From the NCBI GenBank assembly GCA_044230345.1, contig JBGARF010000040.1, positions 409 to 64,408 on the forward strand: a stretch of DNA of 64,000 nucleotides, in the 5' to 3' direction. The notes beneath the pieces were generated by a model that saw nothing but the letters and a program-made list of their open reading frames with translations, made no database searches and had not been told where the DNA came from. This DNA is from Limisphaerales bacterium (GTDB taxonomy: Bacteria; Verrucomicrobiota; Verrucomicrobiia; Limisphaerales; JADJPG01). The position numbers were made by a program, and so were the translations under genes. This document shows positions 16,159 through 27,040 of the stretch, in pieces. How positions within the stretch are numbered: position 1 is the first letter of the stretch; each line of letters starts with the position of its first letter.

Positions 16159-18480
16159 TTACTCTCCGGAACTGATCGCCAGTCCCGCCGGCAGGGCGTT
16201 CGCTTTTACTTCACTGGCCAAAGGTGCCGTGAAAGCGGGCGATGTTCCACGCCGAATTGAGACCGCTCCGCCCGGCGGGCCCTGGCGGTTGAACTGGACG
16301 ATCCACGAGCCGTTGGTTGTCTCCAGGGTGACGCCGTCCTGGGAGGCGTTCTCCACCAGCTTGAACGCCCCGGGTGCCGGAGAGAGCAGTCCGCCCTCCT
16401 TTCCGGCGGCATCTTGATAAGGAATGATCACGTGAAGAAAGCGGTGTTCCGCGGATCGATCGGGCGGCTCCACCTCGATGCGCCACAGACAGAGATCGAT
16501 GTCGCTGTCCTTTCGCCGCTCGGGATCGGCTCCGCTGTTGGCGGCGTTGGGGTCATGCGGGTTGCCCCAGGTCTCGAAGCCCTCGCCGCCGCGTTTCGTG
16601 ATCCGCGCTCCCTTGGGAAGCAGCGTTCGAAGGCCCACGGCTCCCCGTTTCGGGGTTGTCCAAAATTTTCCGTCCCGGGAAACGACGCGTGACAACACTC
16701 CGTCCGCGCCCTGGTAGGTCTTGAATCCCGGCCCCTCCTGCGCGGCGTTCAGCGTGCCGGCGGCGCCAAGGACTTCCGGCTCCTCCTGCAAATGAGTCAC
16801 CCAGGTTTTCGGGAAGCCGGCATCGGTCGCGCGCACCCGATCATAGATCACGAAAAACTCCGGTGTCCCCCGGACATAGAGGAACTGCCGGGTGAACTCG
16901 CGGAGTTTTTGGGACCGGGTTCGTTGCCTGGTCTTCTCGTCGTCGCGCACGCTGCTGTAGGCGCGCGTCAGGTCGGCGGCGACGTAGGTGTAGGCATCGG
17001 TGTGTTCGTAGGCCACGATTTCACCGCGCTTCACCGGTTCCCGCGCGTGGTAGAAATTGGGGACCTGGGGGCCGCCGTCGTTTCGTTTCACTGCTTCGCC
17101 CCCGGTGTTGAAGTACTTCTCCCCGGGATCGTAAACGAGCACCACGTTCTGACTGTTGGGAATGCAGGCCGACGACCACAACTCATACCCCGCGTGACCG
17201 GCCAGGGTGCCCTGTCTGGCGATCTGGAACGTCCCGTTGCCGCCTGATCCATGGCCGTACATCGTGAACGCGGGCGCCGCGGTGAAAACCGCCCACGTGT
17301 CGTCGGCCCCCTGCCACGCGCTCCGCATATACACATGACCCGAACCGCGGAAGTGGAAGGCCAGCGGCAATGCCTCCTTCTTCACCACCGGAACGCCGGG
17401 ATCGAACCAGATCATGTCCGCCCAGCTTGCCGCGCCGTTGTCGACGGCGGACTTCACCATGCCCTGGCTGATTCCGTCCCGATAGTGCGCCGCGTGCATC
17501 GCGCGGAACATGGAAACGTCCAGGCCCCGGAATATCCCCGGCCCGGTGTCCTCCAGGTGAGGCATGTGGCCGGTGTGCGGCACGGTGCCATACACCTTCC
17601 AATAGGGAGACTCCCGGTGAAAGCTGGTGCGAGCGGCTTTCTCAAACAGGTTCTGGCCCGTGGCGAAACGCCACGCCTCCCAGGTGATGAAGGGCGCATA
17701 GGAGCAATTTCCGTGGTTCGGTCCCTCCGGCCAGACGCCCCCGAGCTGGTCGAGCTTCTGGACGAATTCCTCCGGCATCCGCCGGGCAAACGAATCAAGC
17801 CAGCGGCGGGCATCTTCCTCGTGGTCCGTCTTTTCGCCCGCGATCGCCAGCGCCACCGTCGTCTTGGGCGCGATGCCGTCCCGGCTCCAGGAAACACCCA
17901 TGACCGGTCCCCACGTCTGGTTGTACCAATACGTCCCGCCCTTGAGCGTAATCTCGGGAACCTCCGTGTAGTGTCGCAGGAATTTTCCGATCCGGTTCCC
18001 ATACCGGATCCGTTCCTCCGGGGTCAGGGCGTCGTGAATCCAGTCGTAGATGATGGCGTCCCAGCCGAAGTCCACGCCGTCAATGCCGCTGCCATCGGCC
18101 TTCCACATCGCCTCCTTGATGTGGCGCACGAACCGGCTTCCGTCCCGGCCGAGGTTTTTCTCAATCTGGTGGGCGAATCCGAAACTCGGACCCGTCCAGG
18201 CGCGGGGGTAATACGCCGTCTTCGGATTCATCGGGCGGTCCAACGAATCCACCAATGCCTTGTAGCTGGACTCCATCACCCCGCCCGGGCCGCAGCGGGC
18301 CGCGATCCGGCGAAACGACTCCGCGTCCGCAAAGATGCGCGGGTGACCGGTCCGGAAAGTGTACGGCCCCGGAGGAGGCGTGGCCGTGCCGGAGCTGGCG
18401 GCATCCGCGGCGGACACGACAACTGCGATCACGAGGAGAAGAATGCTCACCGTAAACTTTTCCAGATTGTTTGAGTGCAT
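16159..18480 (-). CDS. Heparinase II/III-like secreted lyase-fold protein
   Basis: Signal peptide, HPRIF, WPEG, VYMRSAW, ADLTRAY, FTRQFL and YDRV. Architecture parallels 33808-36513. Confidence 0.7.
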   Translation of the reverse strand: MHSNNLEKFTVSILLLVIAVVVSAADAASSGTATPPPGPYTFRTGHPRIFADAESFRRIAARCGPGGVMESSYKALVDSLDRPMNPKTAYYPRAWTGPSFGFAHQIEKNLGRDGSRFVRHIKEAMWKADGSGIDGVDFGWDAIIYDWIHDALTPEERIRYGNRIGKFLRHYTEVPEITLKGGTYWYNQTWGPVMGVSWSRDGIAPKTTVALAIAGEKTDHEEDARRWLDSFARRMPEEFVQKLDQLGGVWPEGPNHGNCSYAPFITWEAWRFATGQNLFEKAARTSFHRESPYWKVYGTVPHTGHMPHLEDTGPGIFRGLDVSMFRAMHAAHYRDGISQGMVKSAVDNGAASWADMIWFDPGVPVVKKEALPLAFHFRGSGHVYMRSAWQGADDTWAVFTAAPAFTMYGHGSGGNGTFQIARQGTLAGHAGYELWSSACIPNSQNVVLVYDPGEKYFNTGGEAVKRNDGGPQVPNFYHAREPVKRGEIVAYEHTDAYTYVAADLTRAYSSVRDDEKTRQRTRSQKLREFTRQFLYVRGTPEFFVIYDRVRATDAGFPKTWVTHLQEEPEVLGAAGTLNAAQEGPGFKTYQGADGVLSRVVSRDGKFWTTPKRGAVGLRTLLPKGARITKRGGEGFETWGNPHDPNAANSGADPERRKDSDIDLCLWRIEVEPPDRSAEHRFLHVIIPYQDAAGKEGGLLSPAPGAFKLVENASQDGVTLETTNGSWIVQFNRQGPPGGAVSIRRGTSPAFTAPLASEVKANALPAGLAISSGE

Positions 18481-18528
18481 CACCGCCAAGTGAGTATGGG
18501 TTTCCCGGCCCACGCAACAACGGGGTCA

Positions 18529-18542
18529 CTAAACCCGTTCAA
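18529..18542 (-). promoter_or_regulatory. Conserved motif YTNAACGRGTTWAR, site 1
   Basis: Reads TTGAACGGGTTTAG on the minus strand, ~50 nt upstream of ATG 18480. Confidence 0.75.
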
Positions 18543-18673
18543 CAGCCGGGCACCCTGGCTGCCTCTGGCGCTGCGGATGAGCGAAGTCTCGTGAGGGATG
18601 ATGCTGAAATTTCCGGCGAGGTTTGTTTTCTCGCAGTTCGACAATGGCGGTGTCCTGATTCATCCTCCAAACC

Positions 18674-21239
18674 ATGACCACACACCCGTCGAGCCGCATC
18701 ATTTTAATGGCGGTCCTGACGTTGCCTTTCCAATGCCGCGCGCCGGAAGTTAAAATTCCCGTCATCAACGAACCACGGCTCGAAATAACGCTGATCGCTC
18801 GGGCCGGACATCGTCACTCCCGTTGGCCTGGCCATTGACCGGCGCAGACGACTTTTCGTGGTCGAGTCGCACACTCATTTCCCAACCACAAATTATCCCG
18901 GCCCGAAATTCGACCGTGTGAAGCTTTTCGAGGACACCGATCGGGACGGCAAACCCGGCCGAATCTCCGCCTTCGCCGACGGCTCGCACAATGCGCTGAA
19001 TCTCGCCTTCGGGCAAGACGGCGGGGAAGGCTCGACGGAGTCTTGCCCCGCCGACGTTGGGCATCTTTATGTGACGCACCGCAACGGCGTGCTTCGCCTT
19101 GATGACAAGGATGGCGATGGCGTGAGCGAATCGCGCGCGACGATTCTGGAGATGGACACGCCGGCCAGTTATCCGCACAACGGCATCAGCGGCATCGCCT
19201 TCTCACACGACGACTGGCTTTACGTCGGCCAGGGCCAAAACCTGGGCGAACGGTACACGCTCAAAGGCACTGATGGCACCACGCACAGCGGCAAGGGAGA
19301 GGGTGGAAGCATTTTCCGTTGCCGGCCCGATGGAAGCCGGCTTCAACTCGTCGCCACCGGCTTTTGGAATCTGTTCGGTCTCGCGTTCTACGGGAAGCAT
19401 TTCCTGCTCGCGGAGGACAATGATCCCGACTCGCGTCCGCCGAACCGCCTGCTCGACGTCGTGATGTGCGGCGACTACGGCTTCAAGTACCGGCTTGGGC
19501 GCAACGGCCTGCACCCCTTCCAGTCGTGGAACGGCGAACTGCCCGGCTCACTCCCGATGTTGAGCGGCGCCAGCGAAGGGGCGTGCAACATCCTACCCTG
19601 CGATCAAACGAGCTTTCCGTCCGGCTATCGCGAGGCGGTTCTCGTCACGGCAGCTTGGGATCATCGGGTCGAGGTTCATCGCCCCAAGCCGTTCGGCGCG
19701 TCCCGGCGCGCAGACCACGAAGTTCTCGTGCAGGGCGATGAATCGTTTCGCCCTGTCGGCATCGCGACGGCGTCGGCGTCGGATGGTTCGCTGTACCTGA
19801 CGGACTGGGTGGACGCGAGCTACAATGTCCACGGCAAAGGCCGGCTCTTGCGGCTCATGGCGAAGACCGGGACGAGAGCAAAGCCTGGCACGGCTCTGAC
19901 CATCGCCGTCAACGCGAGTCGCAGAAAAATGGAGCGATTGTCCGGCGCAGGATTTCCCGAGTTGCAGTCGGCTCTTGTTCACAATGATCCATTCGTCCGC
20001 AGCGCGGCAATCACGGCATTATCGAAGCCGGCATTCCGAGACGCTGTGGAAAACGAACTCGAGAACAAATCTCCAGAGGTTCGCCTGGGCGCCTTGCTCG
20101 CCCTGCGGCGGGTTGGGAGCGAGGATGCCGGGGTGATCGTCAGCAAGATGCTGGCGAACCCGGACGAACCGGTTCGGCGTATGGCTCTGGTCTAGGCTGG
20201 TGAAGGACAATTGTTTTTGCTGACCAACCGCGTTTCCATCGCGCTGTCGTCCGGGCACGTCTCGCCCACGCTGCTGAGAACCCACACGGCGGCACTGCGA
20301 ATCCTGGGCAAGACCGCCAAGCTGGAGGATGGCGCGGGCAATGGTTCCGGGCAGGTGACTCTCTTCAACCTCCCTGAGCGCGTGGCACCGCAGCCCTCCA
20401 TCGAGATTCTCAGCGCGTCCAGGGCCAAAACTCCGTTGCAAACCCACCTTGACGCCGTGCGGCAACTGACGCAGACAACCGACGCCACGGCCATCACTTT
20501 GCTGAAGCGCCTCGCAAAGGATGCGAAAGAGAATGTCGAACTTCGCTGCGAGGCGGTGGCGTCGCTGGCCAACGTCTCGTTGGAAAACAGCTTTCTACTG
20601 GCGTTGTTTGGCGACCCCTCAAGCTCCCTGCGCATCGAGGCCATCCGGGCGCTGCGAGGACGAGCGTCTGAGCCGCCCGTTCGCGAAGCGTTGGGTCGTC
20701 TGCTTGACGACAACGTCGGGACAGACGCGGCGCTGAAAGAGCAGGCGCGGTTCGTGTTGGCCGGGCTGTCAGTGAGTCCGGCTTCCGATGAAGAGTGGCG
20801 TAAACAACTCGCGGGCAAAGGCGAAGCGGCTTCCGGGCGGCGGATCTTTTTCAGCGCGGCGGCGGGCTGTGCGCGGTGCCACCGCATCGCGGAACTGGGA
20901 GGACAAATTGGCCCGGACCTTTCCGTCAGCGCCCGCTGGGCTGACTGCTGGCAGTTGATGCAATCGCTCCTGCATCCCTTGCGCAACATCGCACCGGAAT
21001 TTGTCGCGCATACCGTCACGACGAAGGACGGCCAGGAGTTCACCGGCCTGCTCATCGGTCAGAGCGTGAACGAAGGCGTGACGTTGTTCATGGCCGACGG
21101 CAGAGCGGTGCTAATTGCTCCGGCGCAAATAGAGTCGCAAACCCAATCGAAAGTTTCACTGATGCCCGAAGGGTTGGCGGGCGCGCTGACGGCGCAGGAT
21201 TTTCGGGATCTGCTAGCATTTCTGCTCTCGCGGCGATGA
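18674..21239 (+). pseudogene. PVC-type heme-binding dehydrogenase, disrupted
   Basis: Signal-peptide frame from ATG 18674 shifts at ~18800 into the 18858 ORF. In-frame TAG at 20193-20195 (MALV*AGEG), then HEAT repeats, CARCH and SLMPEGL. Confidence 0.8.
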
Positions 21240-21319
21240 TGGATAGCGGGCATTGAGTTTGCCATGTTCCATGAAGTCGACTGACCGGGGTGAGCCGTCG
21301 TTGATGGATCTGTCGGGTT

Positions 21320-22201
21320 TCACCCGCTCCAGCGCTGAAGTTTTTGCCGCAATTGCGCCGTGCGGCTTGGGATCGTGACAAGCCCGGGGAAGTCTCGCTC
21401 CAACTGTTCCAACGTCGGAACGGTCCCCCAGGCGGTGACCGTGAACACTTCGGCGGCCCGATCAAGGGGCAGACCCAGTTCACGCTGTTGCCGCTGGAAA
21501 CGCTGACGCAAGACCCCTTTCCATTCGGTCAGGGATTTCACTGGCGGCATATTGTGGCGTCCGATCCAAGAAAGCCACTCACGAATCTGGCTTTGGTGGC
21601 ACCAGGACATTTCCGCGATCAGGTCGAATGCGGGTTCAACATCAACGACTAGATCCCCTCCATTGCCACCGGCCATGTAGCCATCGTAGGTGTTCAGAAT
21701 CACCGGCGTCTTGATCCAACGCGACTGGGTCTCATCGGCGACCGGATACTCGTCGAGAAACGCGTGAGGAACATTGATCATGTAGGCCACGCGCCGGACC
21801 GCCTCCGCCACGGTGATGTGATCCGGATGCACGCCCGCCTGCGGGTCAGCGGGCAGCGGCGGGCAAAAAAGATAGTCCGGTTCGAACTCGCGTATCGCCT
21901 TCCACAACGCCGCCAGCAGTTCATTGGTGGCGGAGCGGCAAGCCTCCACAAAGGGTTCGCCGCCGGGTTTGCGGAGCAGTTCGAACTCAATCTGCCCCAG
22001 CCGTGCGGATGCCTCTTGTTCCGCGAGGCGCAGGCAGGCGGTTTCCACGCGGGTCCGGGCATGATGTCCGGACCGGCCATCGGTGCAGACAATCAATCTG
22101 CTCTTCAATTCGACGCCAAGCTGGCAACGCCAGCGTTCGAACGTGCCTGCCGCCACAAATTCGAAATCATCGAAATGCGCGTGAATGCAAAGAATTTTCA
22201 T
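21320..22201 (-). CDS. PIG-L/LmbE-family deacetylase
   Basis: AHFDD, TDG, HPDH and HQSQ motifs. Confidence 0.88.
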   Translation of the reverse strand: MKILCIHAHFDDFEFVAAGTFERWRCQLGVELKSRLIVCTDGRSGHHARTRVETACLRLAEQEASARLGQIEFELLRKPGGEPFVEACRSATNELLAALWKAIREFEPDYLFCPPLPADPQAGVHPDHITVAEAVRRVAYMINVPHAFLDEYPVADETQSRWIKTPVILNTYDGYMAGGNGGDLVVDVEPAFDLIAEMSWCHQSQIREWLSWIGRHNMPPVKSLTEWKGVLRQRFQRQQRELGLPLDRAAEVFTVTAWGTVPTLEQLERDFPGLVTIPSRTAQLRQKLQRWSG

Positions 22202-22219
22202 GAATTGGATTGATGTCGG

Positions 22220-23455
22220 TCAGATTCTCAAAAACAACTTCCTCCGATACATCCACAGCAGGATCAGCCAGAACACCAGCAGCACCGAGACGCGTTCGAG
22301 CATCGGCGCATACGTTCCGCCGAGGCTCTCAAAGATGCGCTGGCCGAGATGGGTCTTGAGGTTGTCGCGGATGAATCCGCCGCTGAGCTGCCAGAGGCAA
22401 TAGAGTGTGATGGGATTCAGCCCGGCGACGACGAAAGGAAAGGCCCAGCGTTTCCAACCCCGCCAGTCAATGAGCGCGACGAACCCCGCCAGCAGCAACA
22501 TCACCAGCCCCCCGCTGAAGAGCGCCCAGCTCGGCGTCCAGATACGCTTCACAATCGGACAAAGGCCGGCCAGTTCGATGGCTTTGCCGAGCACCATCCC
22601 CGCAAGGCCCGCGATGACGAGACGTTTCAGCTTGTCGGAAATCAGGAGCGGGCTGCGCAGCAGTTGGCCCGCAAGTAGCCCGAAAATCATTGTCGCGAGC
22701 GAGGGGACGAAATTCAGCGTTTGATAGCCGCCAGCGCTGAATGTGAAGGGCACGGCGCGCGGAAACAGGTTCAAGAACCAGAGGTCGAACGTGGCGGCAA
22801 AGTTCACGTTCTTCTCCCAGTGAGCGGCGAAGCCGGAGAAGTGTGGCCAGTCCAGGGGCACGCCGACGGCCTGCCAATCGAAACCCGGCGGCGGGAGCGG
22901 ATGCAGCGCAAACGCCAGCCAGTAAGCGAACAGGATGCCCAGCGCGGTGAGCCACTGGGTGCGCGGCTTGGTGAACGCGATCAAGAACAGGAAAGGATAG
23001 CCCAGGCCAATTTGCGCCAGCACGTTGGTGAACACCCAGTCCGTCTGCTTGCTCCACGCCGAAGTGAGAAAGACTGCCAGAAGTACCAGCAACAAGGTAC
23101 GCCATAGCGCGTGGCCAAACATCACGCCGGCACCTTGTCCGCGCGCCCGCCGGTTGGCCACTGACCACGGCAGCGCCATGCCCACCATGAACATGAACGC
23201 CGGCTGGATGAGATCCCAGAGCGAGCAACCCGCCCACTCGGGGTGATTGAACTGGTAACCCAGAAACCTCCACACAGCGCTGTCGGGAAACTCCCTGGCC
23301 ACCTGAACAAGGCCGAACCCACTTGAAGCCATCAGCAACATGATGGCGCCACGAAAGGCATCCAGGGAGATGAGCCGTTCCATCGGTAGGGCGCGTCGTT
23401 CCGCACGCGCTGCGGGAGTTGCGGTGGACGGCTCTGCGGAATTTGTCGTTGTCAT
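22220..23455 (-). CDS. DUF5009/HGSNAT-like membrane acyltransferase
   Basis: RLISLDAFRG, WDLIQPAFMFMVG and PIVKRIWTPSW, with multiple TM segments. Confidence 0.85.
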   Translation of the reverse strand: MTTTNSAEPSTATPAARAERRALPMERLISLDAFRGAIMLLMASSGFGLVQVAREFPDSAVWRFLGYQFNHPEWAGCSLWDLIQPAFMFMVGMALPWSVANRRARGQGAGVMFGHALWRTLLLVLLAVFLTSAWSKQTDWVFTNVLAQIGLGYPFLFLIAFTKPRTQWLTALGILFAYWLAFALHPLPPPGFDWQAVGVPLDWPHFSGFAAHWEKNVNFAATFDLWFLNLFPRAVPFTFSAGGYQTLNFVPSLATMIFGLLAGQLLRSPLLISDKLKRLVIAGLAGMVLGKAIELAGLCPIVKRIWTPSWALFSGGLVMLLLAGFVALIDWRGWKRWAFPFVVAGLNPITLYCLWQLSGGFIRDNLKTHLGQRIFESLGGTYAPMLERVSVLLVFWLILLWMYRRKLFLRI

Positions 23456-23488
23456 AATCGTGTTTCGGTACGCATGGAGTGGAGCACC

Positions 23489-23609
23489 TTCTCCATGAAC
23501 CTCCCGTCCGGAGGAGCCTTCTCCGCCGAACAGGCGGGACGGATGAGGTGGAGACTCGGGTGCATGGGCTCAATGCGCGTCCAAAGTTGGAGTTGAAGGC
23601 TGCCCATGA
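23489..23609. repeat. REP/MITE-like intergenic palindromic element
   Basis: CCATGAACC (23493-23501) is inverted to GGTGCATGG (23559-23567), and CATGGG...CCCATG brackets 23563-23608. From recall it resembles a dispersed verrucomicrobial repeat (unverified). Confidence 0.5.
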
Positions 23610-23619
23610 TACGGGCGAT

Positions 23620-24585
23620 TCACTCTTCGAACTTCAGCATGCGCGTGTCGCACTCGAGTCCCGTGGGGACGGTGAGCGGATGGTAAAGCGCGGGGCGGCG
23701 GGATCGAATCCATCTCCGGCCGGTCGCTTGCGCCAGCAGGCCCGCGTCCAAATCCGCAACCACCATCGCGTCCTCCGGCTTCGAGGTCTCGGCGAGGATG
23801 GTGCCGTAAGGATCGAGAATCATCGCATTGCCCGTTCGGATTTCGTCGTCGTCTGGGCCCACGCCATTGCTGAAGATGAGGAACAGGCCGTTATCGTGCG
23901 CCCGGCTCGGCAGCCAGCGCATCAGCCAGCTCCGCCCTTTGTCGCCGCGAAACTCCCGTTCGATGGCATCGGGATCGGCCTGGCGATTCTCCCAAAGCTG
24001 CCGGTTGATCAACCCCATTAGATGCGGGTTCCGGCTGCGCACGCCGCCGGTCTGATGCGGCGCTATGAGGACTTCGGCGCCCCGCAGGGCAGTGATGCGA
24101 ACATTCTCGATGACATTGCAGTCGTAGCAAATCAGCACACCTGCCCGGAAGCCGTCGGGCAAATTGAACACGGTGTAATCCGTACCGCTCCGAATGGCGT
24201 CGTGCTCGAAGGCATGCAGTTTCCGATGGCGATTGATCGTGCTGTCCGGCAAGGCCACGACGTAGGTATTGAAGAATGTGCCGTCGGCGGCTTCGACCAA
24301 TCCGGCCCCGATGCTGACGCGGTGCTCGCGGGCCAGCGAGATCAAACGCCGGGTGCTGGGGCCATCCGGGACCGGCTCGGCCAGCGCAGTCAGCGCCTCG
24401 ACCGAAAGTTCGCGAATGAACCAGTAGCCCGTGATGCAACACTCCGGGAAAACAATGAGCCGGACACCTTGGGCGACGGCGTCCTTCACGAAGCCCTCGA
24501 TCTTTAGGAAGTTCGCCTCTTTGTCCGAGGGCTTGCTTTCAAATTGGACGGAAGCGACTCGGGGGGCGCGTATGTCGGTGGGCAT
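23620..24585 (-). CDS. Carbon-nitrogen hydrolase (nitrilase family), cytoplasmic
   Basis: Catalytic triad motifs FPEC, HRKLH and ICYD. Confidence 0.92.
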   Translation of the reverse strand: MPTDIRAPRVASVQFESKPSDKEANFLKIEGFVKDAVAQGVRLIVFPECCITGYWFIRELSVEALTALAEPVPDGPSTRRLISLAREHRVSIGAGLVEAADGTFFNTYVVALPDSTINRHRKLHAFEHDAIRSGTDYTVFNLPDGFRAGVLICYDCNVIENVRITALRGAEVLIAPHQTGGVRSRNPHLMGLINRQLWENRQADPDAIEREFRGDKGRSWLMRWLPSRAHDNGLFLIFSNGVGPDDDEIRTGNAMILDPYGTILAETSKPEDAMVVADLDAGLLAQATGRRWIRSRRPALYHPLTVPTGLECDTRMLKFEE

Positions 24586-24676
24586 GAGATTAGGTGGGTG
24601 GATGGTGGCGGTTCAGATTATGCTGTTGCTGGTTTCATGGTGGCTTTTTCGGTCGACGTTTTCCTGAAGCCGTGCG

Positions 24677-26098
24677 TCACCTTCGGATGCTCAAGGCAAT
24701 CTCGCGCCGAAACTCCGGCGAAGTGATCGTGATCGGACCGGGTGATTTGACTCGTTCGCGCTTGAGCACCTTGCCGGTCAGCGTGTCCAGCCACTTGAGG
24801 GCGTAACTGCCCGCCGGTAATTGCAGCGTGAGCGGCAATGACTGCGGGGCGGCATTGCCAGGATCGAAGAAACAGGCCGCGTATTGTCTGCCGTCCTCCA
24901 CGAGCGCATGGGTGCGCATCTCTTTCGGCACGCCGGAAACGAGGAAATCCTTGCCTGGCTTCATGCGTGCGAAGTCGAACGAGTTGATGAAATCGCGCAG
25001 CACGGTCAACTGCCGGCGGAACTCCGGATTGCCCCCGCCGGGCTGCGTCGCTGGATAAACAAAGTCCCCTCGCTCGCGTCCAGCCACGAACGAGTAATCA
25101 AGATTGTTGTACAGCGCGCCGCCCGCGAGGATGAACTCCCACGCCTCCATCCGGTAGTGCGTGTCATTGGTGCCCTTGAAGCCGGTCTCGTTGTCGCCGA
25201 TCACCTTGTTCAACGCGTAGTTCTCAGCGACGGCTTTTGGCGGCGAGGCGTAGTGAAAATTGAAAATGGAAATCGCCGGATGCGGTTTCGTGATCTTCGC
25301 GGTGCCATTGGCGATGTTCTGCGAGATGAGATGCCGGTTCGGCAGCGACTTCTCAGCCTCCACGATCACGTCAGCGATGTGATGCTGCCATTCCATCGTC
25401 ACCCCGCCGAAGTACGGCTCGTTGCAAATCTCATAGTACAGGTTGTCGAACTCGTTCAGTTCCGTGACGATCTTGCGCGTCATCGCCTCCTGCACGGCGA
25501 GCAGACCGCCATTCTTGTCGAGCGTGTACACGTTCGTCCGCGCGACGTGACCGACGCCGTTGATGTTGTTGACGGCGTTTTGCGGCGAGAGCTTCCATTG
25601 CGACTCCTCGTAGAACGGGCAGAAGAGGTTCATTTCCACCACCACTCCGCGCCGTCCGGCCTGCTTCACAAAGTCACGCAGGCGTTTGAAATAATTCTCA
25701 TCCCAGCGCGCCAGATCGAACTTGTTGCCGCCGTTGCCGTAGCCGGGCTGGCTGCTGCGCGCCCAAGGATTGATAAACCGCCCCGGTGACGGTGCCAGGG
25801 TGTTGCTGACGATGTTGAAAGCACCGGGCGGCTCGACATACGCCCCGCTGAAAACCCGGGTGTTGTTCAACTTTCTGGCCGCGAGCTCCTTCAGGTACGG
25901 TCCGTAATCGAAATCCAGGTTCAGCACCCCGCCATAATGTTCGGCGGACGTGATGAGCACGGTGGGCCGGCCGCGCCAGAGAAAGTAGTGCGGGTGGTCC
26001 GGATGGAGCGAAAGCGGCCGGTCTTTGGCAGCAGCGCCGGCCGCGAAGAATGTCGCGAGCAGGAAGGCGGCGAGTGTGGTTGGTTTTCCGTGATTCAT
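24677..26098 (-). CDS. Secreted GH-A clan (GH5-like) glycoside hydrolase
   Basis: Signal peptide, EICNEP acid/base motif, NFHY and DNETG, plus a C-terminal beta domain. Confidence 0.75.
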   Translation of the reverse strand: MNHGKPTTLAAFLLATFFAAGAAAKDRPLSLHPDHPHYFLWRGRPTVLITSAEHYGGVLNLDFDYGPYLKELAARKLNNTRVFSGAYVEPPGAFNIVSNTLAPSPGRFINPWARSSQPGYGNGGNKFDLARWDENYFKRLRDFVKQAGRRGVVVEMNLFCPFYEESQWKLSPQNAVNNINGVGHVARTNVYTLDKNGGLLAVQEAMTRKIVTELNEFDNLYYEICNEPYFGGVTMEWQHHIADVIVEAEKSLPNRHLISQNIANGTAKITKPHPAISIFNFHYASPPKAVAENYALNKVIGDNETGFKGTNDTHYRMEAWEFILAGGALYNNLDYSFVAGRERGDFVYPATQPGGGNPEFRRQLTVLRDFINSFDFARMKPGKDFLVSGVPKEMRTHALVEDGRQYAACFFDPGNAAPQSLPLTLQLPAGSYALKWLDTLTGKVLKRERVKSPGPITITSPEFRREIALSIRR

Positions 26099-26110
26099 GG
26101 TTTTGGATCG

Positions 26111-27040
26111 TTACTGGTCTTCACCTTCGTTTTTCAAGGGCGGCCGCGGCAGCACGACGGTGGCGGCGAGTTTGCCCCGCCAGAACGCCTCCGCCTCGCG
26201 CCAGGGCTGGAGCAACTCTTCTTTCTGCGTCGTCGTGATTTCGGTGAGCGCATCCAGCTTCGCCATGCGTTCGCGGCTCCAATCGACAAAGAACTGCGCT
26301 GACTCGCGGCGGGGCTGCATCGGCCTGCCATCCACCTCGACATACCACGGCGCGGTGCTGGCGAACCGGAGAGTGTTCGTAACTCCAGCTGTCGCGCGGA
26401 GCAGGAACCAGCCGCTCTCGCGGATGGTGAACCGCGCCGGCAGATTCACGCGCTCGACCCGGCCATCGCGAACGAGTTCGACTGAAGCAATCGGATCGCG
26501 CGAATCAAGAGTCGCCTCCAAAACCACCGGCATGGAGCCGTTGGCGCGGAAGACGTGACCGGCGAGAAACCCATTCGACCGGGCGCGCAGCAGCGGGCCG
26601 TTGGAGACAAAACTGCGACTGGCCTTCAAGCCCTTGCGCCATTTCTTGTAGGTGAACTCGCCATCGACATGCACGTAAGCGCGGTCGTAGCCAACGGGAT
26701 TCGGCAACACCCCGCTCGCACTGCCCGCGCTCGGCGGGAGGCGCAATCCAGTGTTGAGGAGAAGGTAGTAAATGTCCTGTGTGTAGCGCCCATTCCCCTG
26801 GGGCCCGGGGTATTTCGCGCGATCACGCGGACGCCCCCAAGCTTCATTGTCGAGCACGCCGTCGCGTTCATCCTCGCCACCGAGTGGATGACAGAACCGG
26901 TCGCTATCAAACCGCACGGGCAGCGGCTTCGTGCGTCCCGCTTCAAGAATCGAGAGCGTGACCGGCGCGGCGCTCACGACGCCAACGCAGCCGAGAGACG
27001 CCGTGGCCCGTCTGAGCAGTCGTGTGGACAAGGGGTTCAT
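26111..27040 (-). CDS. CehA/McbA-like metallohydrolase, apparently internally deleted
   Basis: Signal peptide and PLPVR are followed directly by C-terminal motifs YYLLLNTGLRLPPSAGSASGV, VGYDRAYV and FVSNGP. No N-terminal metal-binding HxH motif. ATG overlaps the MFS stop. Confidence 0.55.
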   Translation of the reverse strand: MNPLSTRLLRRATASLGCVGVVSAAPVTLSILEAGRTKPLPVRFDSDRFCHPLGGEDERDGVLDNEAWGRPRDRAKYPGPQGNGRYTQDIYYLLLNTGLRLPPSAGSASGVLPNPVGYDRAYVHVDGEFTYKKWRKGLKASRSFVSNGPLLRARSNGFLAGHVFRANGSMPVVLEATLDSRDPIASVELVRDGRVERVNLPARFTIRESGWFLLRATAGVTNTLRFASTAPWYVEVDGRPMQPRRESAQFFVDWSRERMAKLDALTEITTTQKEELLQPWREAEAFWRGKLAATVVLPRPPLKNEGEDQ

